Shown here one piece after another: positions 48,988 through 63,245 of a stretch of 64,000 nucleotides of DNA. Origin of the DNA: Ptychomitrium polyphyllum (taxonomy: Eukaryota). The position numbers and the translations under genes were made by a program. The stretch is taken from contig OZ316776.1 of assembly GCA_973851085.1 (NCBI GenBank), forward strand, positions 11,718,001 to 11,782,000. Reading direction: 5' to 3'. Numbering within the stretch: the stretch's first letter is position 1; every line of letters starts with the position of its first letter. The notes under the pieces were generated by a model. That model worked only from the letters and a program-made list of their open reading frames with translations, did no database searches and had not been told where the DNA came from.

Positions 48988-49537
48988 GTTTTTTTGTCCC
49001 TTCCCTACCTCTCCCAAACGGAGTAGCAAAACTGCCGCTGCTCCAACGTCAACCTGTACGCTCCAGGACAATCGAATTTGACTTTGAAGAGCACCGACAC
49101 CAAACCTTGCAAGCTCTTTATCCCTAACTACTCTACAGCGAGTTCACTTGCTGACATTCTCTCCAAAATTGAACGATTCTCACGAATCGCGCACTTTCAT
49201 TCGTTGAGAAGAAGAAGAAGACCAGTTCAAAAGAAACAGAGACGAAAGAGAATCACTAAAAGCTTTCGAACTTCCTGCGACACACTATTCCTGCCACCGT
49301 CAGGAATGATTCTAACAAAGAAACACGAGATCCCTTCTCTGATTCCGCAATTCAAGGACATAAGAACCTCGTGCATAGGATTGCTCCACAAAGACTCGTA
49401 AATCCAGTAAATCACAATTCAGCCCCTCCCTTCCGAATCACACAATGTCTCAAACCAGAAACTTCCTGCAGAACCTGCATTTGGATAAATAAAGTCACAA
49501 AACAACAAGACTTAAGTGCCGAATAGGATGAAAAAGA

Positions 49538-49566
49538 AACAACAACAACAACAACAACAACAACAA
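49538..49566. repeat. (AAC)n microsatellite, about 9 units
   Basis: Read directly. Confidence 0.9.
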
Positions 49567-50012
49567 TCAGGTCACAATTACCACAACAATAACCAAAACC
49601 CTCGCATATCATCACCACATAAAACCTCACAGCTCCGTTACATTCACTCCTACTGCGCACAAGTCTAACATCCCGACCTCCACACAACGGTACAGACCTA
49701 AACATAGTGAACAATGAAGCAGTGTACACGAGCCGCGCCTAGGCCTCCTTTTCCAAAAGCAATGGGAGGAAGAAGCATAGATCCAGCTCAAACGCAGGCA
49801 AACCTTGCGAATGCGCCTCGGTGCTCGGTGCGGAGAGAGCGCCAGTGGCCAGGCAGTGTGAACAAGAGTGCGGTTGCAGGGAGTGGCTGCACACGACAGC
49901 ACGGTGCTGCGCGCTGCTTTGCTGCGGCCTCAAATTAGCTTCCGGCAATAGCGATGGCGATGGCGAGGCCCGAGAACGGGGGCTGGCTGGTTGGCTATGG
50001 CGTTTCTACGTC

Positions 50013-50033
50013 GTGTGTGTGTGTGTGTGTGTG
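50013..50033. repeat. (GT)n microsatellite, about 10 units, in the AAE14/taspase divergent intergenic region
   Basis: Read directly. Confidence 0.9.
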
Positions 50034-51019
50034 CGTGCCCACAAGTGCTTTGGTTATAGGAACGTAAGCTTTGCATTCTCCCTCACGTTGGGCGCGCTGC
50101 GAGGCTGTCACTGTGGTCACCATCGTAACTCCCGCACGGCTATGCGAGGTTCACTTCCCATACCCGTGGCGACCCTCTTTACCGTGGGACCATGCTGGAC
50201 CGGAGACCAACGCACTTTTGGATCTTTTACCTGTGACTAAAATCAAAAACCTACTAAACTACAAACAGATACTTTTAAAATTTAAGATAAAGGATGCAAG
50301 AGTTTCTACCACCACCAACATGGTAATATTGTACATTTCATCACAAAACAATGCAAAATCCATCCACATTTATAACATTCTTCAGTAGGTGGAGCAAGTC
50401 CCGCATCTTTAAAAAATAGAAGGAATTAGTAACAAAGAGTGTGAATGCATGGAGGTTTTTTGAAACCTTGGCAGAATGCTAAATAAAAGCAGTGACGAAT
50501 AATATGAAAGTTCTCACCGTCGGAGCGGACGGAAGTCATCCACCTCACACATCCGAAATCACAGTTTACGGGATGCATACCCAACCCAAACCCGGCGACG
50601 TCTGCTGAGGACCAACATTCCCCACAAAAACAACAACGTTCGAAGCATGTGTGGTTTTTACGCTGCGTAATATAAGCAGAGAGCAGATGACGCAGGATTT
50701 GGATAGGGGGACGGGCTTGGGTATGCATCGCGGAGAGTGGAATGCCGTGACGGAGGCAGGGGAGGGAGGCGACTGTGGAGGGCGCAGAAAACGAGCAGAG
50801 GCGCAGAGGCGAGGCAAGAGGAGGAGCTATGGCCCTCGCAGACTGCACCCGTCATCAAACTCGTCTCATTGTCTCTTGCCGATACCGAGCGTACAGCCAG
50901 GGGAGGGCATCCTCGCTGCGCTCACCGATTGCGCGCCCGTTTTTTCAACGTGGCAGCATATTCTCCGTTCCGTTCTCGTGAGGGTTGAGCTTCCGGTTTG
51001 CGGTAATCGGCGTTTGTCC

Positions 51020-54000
51020 ATGTCTGGTGAAGTATGCGCGGGTCTCGGAGGAGATCCAAACCCTAGCGACGGTGGTCGGATCGGCGAGGGCTTGGGCTTA
51101 GGCATTGGCGTCGGGCGTGCGGAGGGAGGGGGGAAGGTGTCTTGTATGCAGACGGACTTGTTTTTCGTGGCGGTGCATGTTGGAGCGGGGTTCCATGGCG
51201 AGAAGAGAGCGAAAGCGTATCAACTAGTCATGCGACGTGCTTGCCAGGCTGCGGCGTCTGTTCTCTCCGCGGTATTTGATCGTGATATAGTTCTTCGTGT
51301 GACAGATTGGTTAACAGTACAGCGACGTGCGAGACTCTGTGTCTTTCATCACTCGGTTGCAAGTGGGGAATCGTGTTCTTGCGTTTGGGAGTAGGAACTC
51401 TTTAAAGTGGATACTGATTTTTATTAGTGTTCCTCGAGGATACTAGCTGATTCTATACTTTGACGTCGGACATTAGTCTAGATTTACACTTTTCTCTTAA
51501 TTTGATTATGCCTTGGACCAACTTGAGATTATGTAGTTTGCAAGTGTTTGCCTAGGTTTTACGCAATTTGTTTTTATACGAAATTACTGCGAGAATGGAG
51601 AAACCTGTCTCTGCGAATGATGCTACTTCTTGTGCACAAATGTGGTTGTTGGAAGCGTCTCTTTATTGTCCCCTGTAATTGCTTTGCATTGTCGACATCT
51701 AGGCCTCTAGGTTTTATAGCATAGAGGAGACTAACGAGAAATCGTTACACCTATTGATATTCTTAATCGTGAACTTTGTCCTAGGCTTAGCGCTAGATGT
51801 CATGCTAAGCTTATTTTCAAGGCGGCCTGTCTTCTTGTGTGCAGATGAGAGCAGACTTAATTTAGTGTTCTTAATGGTTGCATATTTTTCAGGAGTCAGG
51901 GACCAGCCTTGATGCTGTAGCCGCGGCGATCAGAGTGCTTGAGGTGAGGAACAGCGACAATCTAATCTAAGCGAAGATCATTCTCATGTATCTTGTCTTG
52001 CTGATCATGTTAACCTTATGTAAGTTAGCGTATAACTATTTGCGATAATTCAGGTGCAGATGAGACGATGAGCTTGGGTATGTTGTGAAAGTGTTTTCTT
52101 GTGAATATCATCATGTCAATCAATTATGGAGTCGTCGAGACTTATATTTGGTAGTGAAAAACGAACTCGTGCCCTCTCTCTGACTACCGTGCAAGGCCTT
52201 ACTGGAGTTGATTGGAGGCTCTTCACTACGAATGGCATTTTCTTTAATTCTCCAGTTACCGTGGTTGGAACTCTTCTCTTTGAGGTGCTCGGCACTAGTG
52301 TGTAAGGCGCATTTATGAAGCCTGTGTGCATTACCACTTAGAATTTTGAGTACTTGTTTTCCAGGATGATGAAGTTACGAATGCTGGCAGAGGTTCAAAT
52401 CTCACAGAAGATGGCCGCGTTGAGTGCGATGCAAGTGTCATGGACGGACATAGTGGAGCATTTGGAGCTGTTGGAGCAGTTCCTGGTACTTTAATAGTTA
52501 TAGTTTGTGTGATTTTCGTATGGTAAAGAGCTCCTGTCGGAATGTTCCTAGCTATTCCGTGAATTCTCGGATGGGTTAAACGGTGAACGAAAAATTGGAT
52601 AGATAAATTCATATTCCGTTGTGCACATTTTTTTGCAGGTGTTCGAAATGCAATTGATGTTGCAATGCAGCTGGCAAAAGAAAGCCGCAATGGGATTCTG
52701 CCTCTTGGTCGAACTCCTCCTGTGTGCGCAACAAACTTTGAAACTTTCACTCCAGTAACCTATTGTGTAGCAACATAGTTACTGTAAGCGTAGGTATTTC
52801 ATTGTTATGAAAATCATCACGAGAATGTACTCCTCGTGTTCTTCATCGCATTTGTGCACCATCAGATTTGAGTTGCCTCAACATTATCCTGATAGAGGAA
52901 CAGCTTTACGTCCGTCTATTTCCTGTTTTTTATCATCTACAGTTGGCTGCAATGGTTGCAGTGTTATTTTGTGGTGCGAATGACAGTTTTCTTGCGGGGG
53001 ATGGAGCAAGAGAGTGGGCATCTAGGCACGGTCTTGCAACTGAAACAGTAGGTGGTGAAGTAGAGAAGGTAAGAAACGATTTGTTGTGCACATGTAACTG
53101 CTAGATTGTTTTCAGGATTCTGATTTCACCTGTAAGTGCCCGATGTTATTTGTTATAAGCGATTGAATTTTTTTCTAGAAGAGTTAAAGCTGTTAACACA
53201 GTGCATCTCAGTTTCGACTGCCTTCAATTCAAGTCGTACAAGCTCTATCTCTTTATGTGAAGTTGGTCTCGTGGTTCTATTTGAACACTACTATTAAGTT
53301 GCATTTTTTAATTGGCAGTGGCTTGTAACCAAGAAAGCATACGAGCAATGGGAAAAGTACAAGAACTTGCTAGGGCTGACCATCCCAACTGCTGATATGA
53401 ACAACGGAAAAAATACTCAGCTTATGAATGTTATTGATGACGAGAGCAGGGAAGATGTGGTGCTAGACACTGTTGGGGCTATCTGCGTTGACAGAGATGG
53501 TAATATTGCTTCAGGTGCTTCAAGTGGAGGCATTGCTATGAAAGTAAGATTTTTCATCTTGATTACTACTTGTCATTAATTTCAAGTGTGCCTTTTATAA
53601 TCAGTCTTTTTTGTAGGTTAATCTGTTTTTCTTTGATACTTCTAGGCTGAAGGTTCATTGCTGCATTTATGATACTAGAATTGTCAATGCTCATAGATAC
53701 TTCCTTCATGTATAATGGAGGTGATTTTGAGATGATGTAAGCTTCAAAACCACTACATTATCAAAAGTTTTGTGTGAAAGTTCTTTTATGAAAACCGATA
53801 TACTCGTTGTCTAAGCTGAACCCCTGCCGAAAATGCAAGATCCGTTCACAATGAATGCGTCTGTAGTTTGAAGGTAGAGCACTTCCTATAATTCATAATC
53901 TCCACTGGAGGCTGTAATATATGATGGATAGTGTAAGAGAGGCTCATTGGTTGAGCATTTGTCCATTTACGTGGATTATTGAATATTTATGTGCTGAGTG

Positions 54001-55003
54001 GAGCCGATGGAGCTGATGTACTTCGAAAACTACTTTAACCAAGCTAACAAATAGTTAATGGCTTATTGCAAATCGACTAAATTTCTCTTACTGTGCCAAA
54101 TTGCTGTTGTTCCTTCTACTTTGTATTGTGATAATTTTATAATCATGTCTTCTATAATACTCAGGTAAAAGGACGAGTGGGTTTAGCAGCAGCTTATGGG
54201 AGTGGTTGTTGGGCAACGTCAAAGGCAACTTTCGGTACTGCGGTTGGCTGTAGTGTCTCAGGTGCAGGCGAGCAGCTTATGAGGGGACTTGCTGCATACG
54301 AATGCTCTTCGTTGGCTACAGTGTATGTCCCAATTTTCTCTTGTCCTTGTTATGTTTGTGCTTCATTCGCTCAAATTTTGCTAAATTGGAGGGATCAATG
54401 TCTGAAACTGCAATCTTTTAAACCTACATAGGTTGCAAGAAGGGCCAGGATATGCTTGTGAGACGGTGCTGCGTTCTGTTATTGAAAAGGGTCGGGGCTT
54501 TGGGGGGAAAGATGACGCCGGAGTCCTTTTCCTACAGTCAAGTTCCGACCCAACTCGGATTAACTTGGCAATGCTTCAGACAGTGGAGTTGGTAGCAGCC
54601 TTCACATCAGCATCATTTGGCATTGCCTACTATGGAAGCTCCATGAACAAACCAAAGGTAATTGCTGAAGCTACTGTAAATTGTTACAATTCTGTTGTCA
54701 TATTTTTAATATACGCTGTGGAAGTTGGACTTCATTATGACAGAAGATTATGACACCAATTTAGATGTTTGGAAATGTTTTGACGGCTCAGATGTTTATC
54801 TCGACTGTGCTATGAATAGATTATGTAAATCGTTACTGTTAGTTAAAACAGTCTCCTTGATCTGCCGGTAATGTTCTTTGGTATTAAGAAGTGAGGTAAG
54901 AAAATCGCTGGTGGGTGAGTTGTTGCAGACTATGATATTAAGAAACCTGTCACAGGACGTCGACAACGTGACTCTGTTTGCTCAAAATTTTAAACTTGGT
55001 TGA
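51020..55003 (+). CDS. Putative threonine aspartase (taspase-1-like, asparaginase-2/Ntn-hydrolase). Exons: 51020-51271, 51893-51943, 52365-52485, 52639-52723, 52987-53068, 53319-53543, 54165-54322, 54432-54657, 54929-55003
   Basis: [70 protein letters not shown], autocleavage site [50 protein letters not shown]. Confidence 0.92.
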
Positions 55004-55702
55004 GATGGCCAAGCTTCTGAATTGATTTTGTACAAGATCGGAGTTGGGTGCTGGTCTTGGAACGGAAGATTGCACATTCTATACACAAGTGAATTAAACA
55101 ATTTTTTCCCCCATTTGGTAAAACATATTATTACATTCTTCAGCAGTTGACGATCTCACTCTTGTCTTGGAAAGTGAAAAATCAAAATAAATGACAGTGA
55201 GGGCATGAGTTGAGTTTGGTAACTTGGTGACAATGGAATTGGGTGATGGAATTATCTATTTGAGAAGGATTCAAAGGGGATCATTAAAAAATGTTATGAA
55301 TGCAACATGGTTGTAAACTTAGACTTCTTACAATTGAGTCAAAATTGCATGATCATGATGTCAAATGTTCATATATTTGTGACATTTTAGTCCCTTTTGG
55401 AAGTGGATCTTTTAAGCATTTCCTTTGAAGTAATAAATAATATATTACTAATTATAAGAAATATACAAAATATTCTTTAAAAAGATTTCTACATATAAGG
55501 ATCCTATAGCTATAAAATAAGAACATTGTATTGAAGGCTATTGTTATCGTATAAGGTCTAAAGTTCCTTTGTTATTCATGTAAATCTATTGTATCTAATC
55601 TCATTCAATTTTGAAATTTTGAAGTTATTCAATTTTTTGAAAATACAAAACTTTATGCATATATGGTGTACAAGTGTTGCAGAAAGACCTTTTTAATGTA
55701 TC

Positions 55703-55798
55703 TAGAAATCTATATAAGACATATGAATATAGAGATGTGGTTTAATTCATAGAAATCTATATAAGACATATGAATATAGAGATGTGGTTTAATTCATA
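55703..55798. repeat. Perfect 47-bp tandem duplication
   Basis: TAGAAATCTATATAAGACATATGAATATAGAGATGTGGTTTAATTCA at 55703 and 55750. Confidence 0.95.
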
Positions 55799-57260
55799 TA
55801 TTTCTAGCATAAATTTAGTTTAGTTTCAAATACAAATGTGCAACTATTCCTAGATTTTTAAAAGGATTATAAAAGATTTGAAAATTCTAGGAATGATTGT
55901 TTGAAAGAAAGGAATATATACATTTATGTGTTAATGTAAGGTAGCTATCTGCATAATTTGCATATTACGTTATCTTTTTGCCTCTTCATAGTGACTTTAT
56001 GATATATTGTTTTTGTGTTCCACTCTACTGTGCATAATCTTGTGTGCTTAGAATTTCAAACGACTTGGAAAAGTACAGAAAGTTTATCAAACCTGTATAG
56101 AACATGTCATTCAGAAAATTTGTAGAAAACGAAAAATCTTTTTCTGTATTGTAGCCTTTTTAAAGTATATAATATACCCAATCCTAAAACCATCATAGTT
56201 GTATTTTAAAGAAATTATTTAACGAATTATTGATTGTTAAAACAGCACTTCTAAATCTGACCATTCGCCACAAAATACTCTGAACACATGTTATATTGTA
56301 ATATCTACACCATTGTATTTGTTCTAAATTTTGTTAACATTCTTGCCATGTATCTTGGCTTAGGTTTTGTGTCATTGAAAATCAAGTTTCAAGGATCATT
56401 TTCTAGTAAGAACCATAGTTCAAAACCTAGGAAAGTTCAGCCCACTTTAGAAATGAGCCTGGGATCTAAAGGGTTGAAAAGCAACAATCGGTCCATTGTG
56501 TGTAACAAATCTAACATGTAAAAAAATGTGATAATAGTAACAGAAATCTTGACGAGGAACTAAATTTCTGCAAAACAAGAACTTATGACACGAAATCCTC
56601 CATATCAACATCAACTCATGATGACCATCATGAGCTGATTTAAAGTGTCCGATACAAGCAAAGTATCTCCTAAGGCGACTGAAACTTTTCCGAGACTTCC
56701 ACCAGTGCCCAACATGTTGCTGAAATGAAGTAGAACCATTCTTCAATTATCCAATTTGAAGGAACGTAGTTCTCGACCTAGTAGTGAATGCTTGAGAATA
56801 GACTACGGTAAAATCTGTACATGTAACAGTAGCGTGCATGTCATCAACGATTATACAGACCCAACTGTATATATGCAACACACCAAATGATTACAAACAT
56901 GCAACAAGCCACCTAGAAATCACATTCTTGTTCTAAACTCGATTGTGATTTACCTAACCATTTAAGCCTGCTCTAAAGTCGACTACAAACATAAGAATGA
57001 ATCGTTACCACCACAACTGTAAGGGTACCAAGTTGAAGAATCTGTACCAGTTACGTACATTGAGGAACCGCATGCGTCAATCGTTCAACTCCGTCAGTAA
57101 GTTGTCTGCAGCTATGGTAAAGCAGGAGTTTTAAGCTGAAATACAAACTACCAATCTTCACAGGAGTTGTAATATACTTAAACTTCTCCTGAGGTAGCAA
57201 GCACGCATATTTCTCAAAGATACTTCACATATTTGAGAGAAACTCATGTGCTTGAAGGCC

Positions 57261-60200
57261 TCATTTCACGAGAACCCTAAAAACTGGCTTTGGAGAGTAC
57301 CGATTCTTAAGAACCTCCACAGAGTGTACTTCAGACACCCTAGAATTCGAATAAGCGTTCTGAGAAACCTGAGGAACCACTGTTTGCAAAATGACCTGGA
57401 TCATATAATCTTGATTAATGGGTTTGGTAAGAAAAGCATCCATTCCTGCATGTAGGCACTTGTATTCATCGCTGGCCATAGCATTGGCCGTTAGGGCAAT
57501 AACGGGCGTCCACTGCTGCGCTTCGTGATCAACGTCCCGCACTGCCTTGCAAGCTTCATAGCCGTCCATAACTGGCATCTGTCAAATGCATGTACAAACT
57601 TACTGGAATCAAGTTCCGAACTCAAGAATAGAAATCACGCTTAACCCAAAACCAAAATCAGAACACCGGTATAATTAAACTCATACGCAGCATGACTAGG
57701 ACTTTGTATTTGACGGCATCAAAAGTTCGGTTGTATGTACCAAATTCCTGGAGCAAAGTTCCATCCAAGTCACAAAATCTTGCACTAATAGATCAGGACT
57801 GCGTCAAAGAACACAGCAAATGAAAGTTGAACAAACTACCTGGCAATCCATAAGTATACAGTTGAAAGGTGGCTGTTTATTGTTGATTCGATTCAAAACT
57901 GCATCCAAAACCTCCTGCCCATTGCCAGCCTCATAGGTCATTGCCCCCAACTTTCGTAACATAATAACAGCAAGCCTCCGCAGCAGTGGTGTATCTTCAG
58001 CAATCAGTATTTCAAGTTTCTCGAAAGGCTTTGGAATAACTGCAAGAGATGGCACATCATCTTTACTGAGCTGCACCTTGGGCCTCCGACGAATACTAAC
58101 AGGCCTAGGAGAACTCGCATCCTGAATATTTCGGCTGCTAGATATTAAGGGCGATTGCGGTGAATGGATATCACTGGTAGCCTGATCAAAAGCTGTGGCC
58201 GGGAGTGACTGTGTGACCACGGGCTTAGGAACACCTGGAAGCGAGACCTCGGTATCACATCTGTATGGATCATCCCACTCTTGTTGTTTAGCATAAGCTA
58301 AAGCATTTGAGGAAAGTATTCTAGGTCTTTCAGCATCCATAGTTGGCAAACAATCACCTACTTCACTTGCTATTTGGTTAAGAAGCTCCTTCAACCGTGA
58401 TGCATGAAGTGGTCGTCGAACAGCAATAGAGTTTCGAACAGATCGTAATGCAGCTTTCACGGGTTCCGGCGTGTTTGAAGCTGTTACCCAGACAACCAAA
58501 AGGTTTCGTTGCATATCTATCAAGTGCCGATCATGTAGATTTGGTTTCTCGAGATCAAGAGCATCAAGACACACGGCCGAGTTTCCTGTTAAAAACCCTG
58601 ACTGTTGGAGATACTCTTCGAGATGATCATGCTCAACAATGCTAGGTAAGATACTTATGTCAATAATTAACATTTTTCGTTGTTGTCCACTCAATGCCTT
58701 TGAACCAATAGACTGCCAAGTTTTCCAAAAGTCATACGGGCTGGGTCGTTTCCAAGTTAAGGCTTTGGGGCTCTTCGAAAATCCATCCAAGCCTAGGGCT
58801 AGGGGTTGTGTATAATTTGCATGCTGCCCCTGAATGGAGCCTTTGGGGGCATTCTTGTTGTCGTCTGGAATTCCATTCAGAGCTCTCATTGTAACTAAAA
58901 TCTCTTCCCACGTGTCAGCTTCGTGAGCAACCATGCCCCAAGTTTTGAACCAGTGAGCAGCAATAGCACGGCAATCTCCTTTTAACATTCCTAGAACAAC
59001 CTTAGCTCCTTGTAAAGAAGATGGTACAATATATGGCATCCTTTCAGGTTTCGAAGAACGCTGAAAACAGATTATGAGCTGGAATACAGATCCTGGACCT
59101 GCCTTCTCCACAATTCTAATGTCGCCTCCCATTATTTGTATAAGAGACTTCACAATACCCAGTCCCAGTCCAGTACCTCCATGTCTGTAGGGTGACCGTC
59201 AAAAATACTCAGTAAAAACTCGTATGCCACTTCAACCAAAACAAACAACACAGAATCTAGGATACATTTACAGTAGACTCTAAGTCACAACCATCTTACT
59301 CAAGTACTAAGTATGAACTGGTCTGGGCCACTTTACTTTAACTTGACTTTCTTATCAGAAGACAAAACCTCCTTACACGATCTCTACACCACAAACTAAA
59401 GTTCAGTGTTGAAAACAAGTGTACATTTCTAGGGGATTTTCTAATAACACCCAAGTTTTAAAAAACAAAAGTCAAAACATGTGTTTCCAGGAAAAGCTAC
59501 AATATACACGCTGGTTTCCAACAATGGTACTTTCAATAAGTTGGCTGGTGGCGAGTACTTACATGCGAGTTGTGCTTGCATCGCCTTGAACAAAATTCTC
59601 AAACACACGCTCCCGTAGCGCTACATCCACAATGTTGCCAACGAGGTCAAATGAACTGTAATAAGTGAAAAAGAAGACGTCATTTCCATGACAAGGTAAC
59701 CGAATGGGTTTGAAATGATGGCCGAAGGAAATAACGCTTACCTGGTTCAATCCCTGGTCCAGTGTCATCCACTTCAAATAATATGACCACTTCGTCGCTT
59801 GCTGGGTGATGATCGTTAAACGCATCAAGAGAAAATGAACTGAAATTTCGGCGATGTAATCGACTGATGTCCTCCGATGATGCAAGACGTCCACGGACTG
59901 CTATTCTTCCTTTAGTAGTAAACTTTATGCCGTTCCCAATCAAATTTGTGAAGATTTGCATTACGCGGGCCGAGTCACCTACCACGTTCTTCGGTACATC
60001 ATCTAATGAAATCACGTTTCATACACGAATTAGTCCTATCTCGCAATGATACATAAGAACAAGATTGTAATTACTGTTGAACATTCGCAAACAACATAAC
60101 TGACGTAACTAACAATTCAGAGATTCCTTAAGTTATGATTGGATACAGACTCGGTTCAAAAAATTCAAGAGCAAGACTACGTGAAAGAGATCAAATGTTA

Positions 60201-63200
60201 TGATGTAAGCTGACCTGCTAGTATAAGACAGATGAAGATACTTTTGTTATCACACTGTACCGAAAACACATCAATTAGTGCTGTTAGCTCTGTCTCAAGA
60301 TCGAACTCCGCTTTCTCCAACACAAGCTTTCCTGATTCCACCTGCCAGTAGAAATTTTGAATTCAGACAACCAGACCGAGGTATAGAGTACTTTCGTGCA
60401 ATAAACTCTCAAGACCAGACCACCTCATGAGTATGACCAAAAGTACAAGCAATTGTCCAGTAATAACGAGCATGCAATTATTGAATATCCCTCGTTTGGA
60501 GAATACTAATCATGATACCTCTCAAGACATAACTCACAATCGCCCTCCTTAGATGATGTTTCAGAAGCTCCCAATCCACCAAAGTAGTTATAGACGTTCA
60601 AAATCATAAAACACCAGAAGAGCATACAAATTTGAAGTACAATAGAAGCATGTGAAATAAATACATACCTTTGCGATATCAAGAGCAGAGTTCAGGATTG
60701 CAACAAGAGACGTGGCACACCGATGAATTTGGCGGACACTGCTAGCGATTTCATCCAATAATTTTTCTGATAACAACATATCCAAGAGCCCAATGATGCA
60801 GGCCATCGGTGTTCGCAGTTCGTGACTGTCTCGAAACAACACGAAACTTAGGACTGCGATCTACACACTCAGAATCCAGCAATGATAGGGCTCTCTACTT
60901 TGTAATATACACTTCAAAAATTTGTGAGGCTCACCTAACTTTGTCCCTGTGGATATGCAAGCTCAAAAACACAAAAGCATCAGGCTGGTTACCTCATACT
61001 TGACAAAAAGCTGGTCTTGGCATCTCGACTAGCTTCTGCTCTGCGCTTCGCCTCAGACTGTCTTTGAATTTCTGCTCTCAGCTTTTCCTCCGCTTGAACT
61101 TGCTCGACAAGCAAATATATCAAACTGCATCCAATAAACACAACTCCGAGAGAGAGCAGTGGCAAGGTGATCCATGTAATCCTTGTGTAGTAGTCCATGG
61201 GTCCCCAGAAACTGTGTCGGGGAATCATAATCACCAACGCTAGCTTAAGAGTTTGAAATTCATACGGCCAACTATCGATAGAGTATCGTTTTCCCCGGAT
61301 GTTGACGTCAGCAAAGTTGCTTCGGTTCTTAATAAGAAATTCCAAACCAACTGCATTTTGCAGAAAGCACTTGCCTTCATTGAGTACGGAGTCCATCTGC
61401 AGCGGGGCTACTTCACACTGACTTTTGTTCTGCGGTGCACAAACCGTAGCATCTGAGGAGAAAAGTAGCCGTCCAAGCTGATCCGATATGAAAATCCTCC
61501 CCCCTGCTTATATTTTAGTAAAAATAGTATTGCAAGCATAAAATTGTACCACTTGTTCACGTATAAAATGTACCCCACTAGAATAGGCAAGCCAAAATAA
61601 AAATGTCAAGAACATCAACAACATTACAAACCTATATGTTCCGTTGCATCATAAATCAATAAATCCAAACAATACATTTTAACTTCATTGACTTCGTCGG
61701 CTTAGGAGTATTATAAGCATCGGTCAACACTACATTGTCTGCCTGACGCAAATTTCACGTAAAGGATGTTGGATTAAAATAATTTTCTGGGACCAGCCAT
61801 GCTTACATAATGCTAATTCTCACTAAGACTAAACTATGAGTCCACAGAAAGTGTTGACGCGATCTCACAAAGCAATGTATCATAGTCACCTTTCAAATCA
61901 AGAGAGGAGAGGAAGTTGTTGATCGCCTTAGCACTGTGCCCGGAATGAATAAGTGCCACTTCTTTGGAATTATGAGATTGGACGGGTATTGAACATTGTA
62001 TATATGGGTGCCCATCTGCATTGTACAAGCCATGTAAGTTACACTTTTAAGAAATTACTCAGTGCCAGTTCAGCTGTACGCTATCAACCTCATCGTAAAG
62101 TTCAGGCTATCTCATTCAACTTCCAACTATGAACAGTAGATTGCAGCTTGAACAAAATTTCATAACTTCAGACATACCTATAAAAGTAAATAAGGTTCAC
62201 AAGTAAAGATTTAACATAGTACTACGCTCAAGAACGATCAAGAAAGTTACCTGGCGTTTTGCGCTCAATAAGCCAGGAACGATTATTCAAGGGCAGTTTC
62301 ATAGCGTCCACAAACCACTGGTACGTATGCAAAGGCATCAAATTTTCAACAATAGGAGGAGCAATTGAAACACCAGTATTCTCATCAACAATCTCCTTAT
62401 AATATGTGGGCTTTTCAGTTGTTCTGTTCGAATAAACAAAAAGGTGTCCCTCATGACCAAGCTCCTGCCGGACATATGCAACAGTCACACCATTCAAGGC
62501 CGTAATACCCAACGATGTGATTGTTGGCACAGCTTTGAAGATAGACCATACAATTAGCCGGATCTGCAGAAATAATAAGAACAGGAAATCGGATGAGATT
62601 ACTCACTTTCTTACAGAGGGAACAGCTGCAGGGGTTTTAGTCCAACCAGATGCTACTAGTAAGTTACGATTCACGACCACAAGATTTCACAACAGCTTAC
62701 GCCGCTAGATGAAGTTCACGCATCCCGAAAGCAAAAGATAATAAATAATAAAGAAAATCAAAATTCTATCTTAAAGAACATATATGAAACATGAGGAAGT
62801 GAATATATGTAAAGTAGGCTCAAGCTGTAAAAAGGTCGAGAGCCTTCGAATAGTATTCGACTGCTGTAATCAATGATACCACAAGCTGCAAAGCCCCCAA
62901 CAGGCAACTCTTGCCACACAGATATGTTATTAGTACCCTCCGAGATATAACTCAAAGTCATCGATGTAAGGGTTACGCTTCTGCGTAGAACAGAAAAGTG
63001 CTCAATACCTGCTCAATGGAATCAACTCCGAAATCGAAGCCAAAAAACTTCTTATCCATCAAGTTGAAAAGAGCAGTTGAACTGTACGTATTCATCTTGA
63101 AAATCACGTCAAGAAGCTCCGATGTGTTGACAAGAATTTCAAATCGCAAAGATTCCGATAAATTGGTCACTGCAGTTTTTGGATAACTATGTGTAAAGTA

Positions 63201-63245
63201 CCATGTACTGATTGTAAGAGCTGCCACCAGAACTGCCACTGTGAC
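57261..63245 (-). CDS. Membrane hybrid sensor histidine kinase, AHK1/CKI1-like; first exon unresolved. Exons: 63245-63009, 62563-62251, 62015-61890, 61503-60993, 60825-60669, 60341-60215, 60002-59742, 59620-59563, 59184-57840, 57578-57261
   Basis: TM1 [26 protein letters not shown] (AHK1-like), TM2 [22 protein letters not shown]-box [14 protein letters not shown]-box [15 protein letters not shown]1 DDTGPGI, G2 GGTGLGL, and receiver [35 protein letters not shown]. Confidence 0.92.

Noticed and set aside
50426..51019. N-terminal extension of taspase from GTG 50651, and antisense ORFs
   Set aside because: It needs a non-ATG or far-upstream start and has low-complexity leader composition; homology begins only after 51020, though an upstream ATG cannot be excluded.
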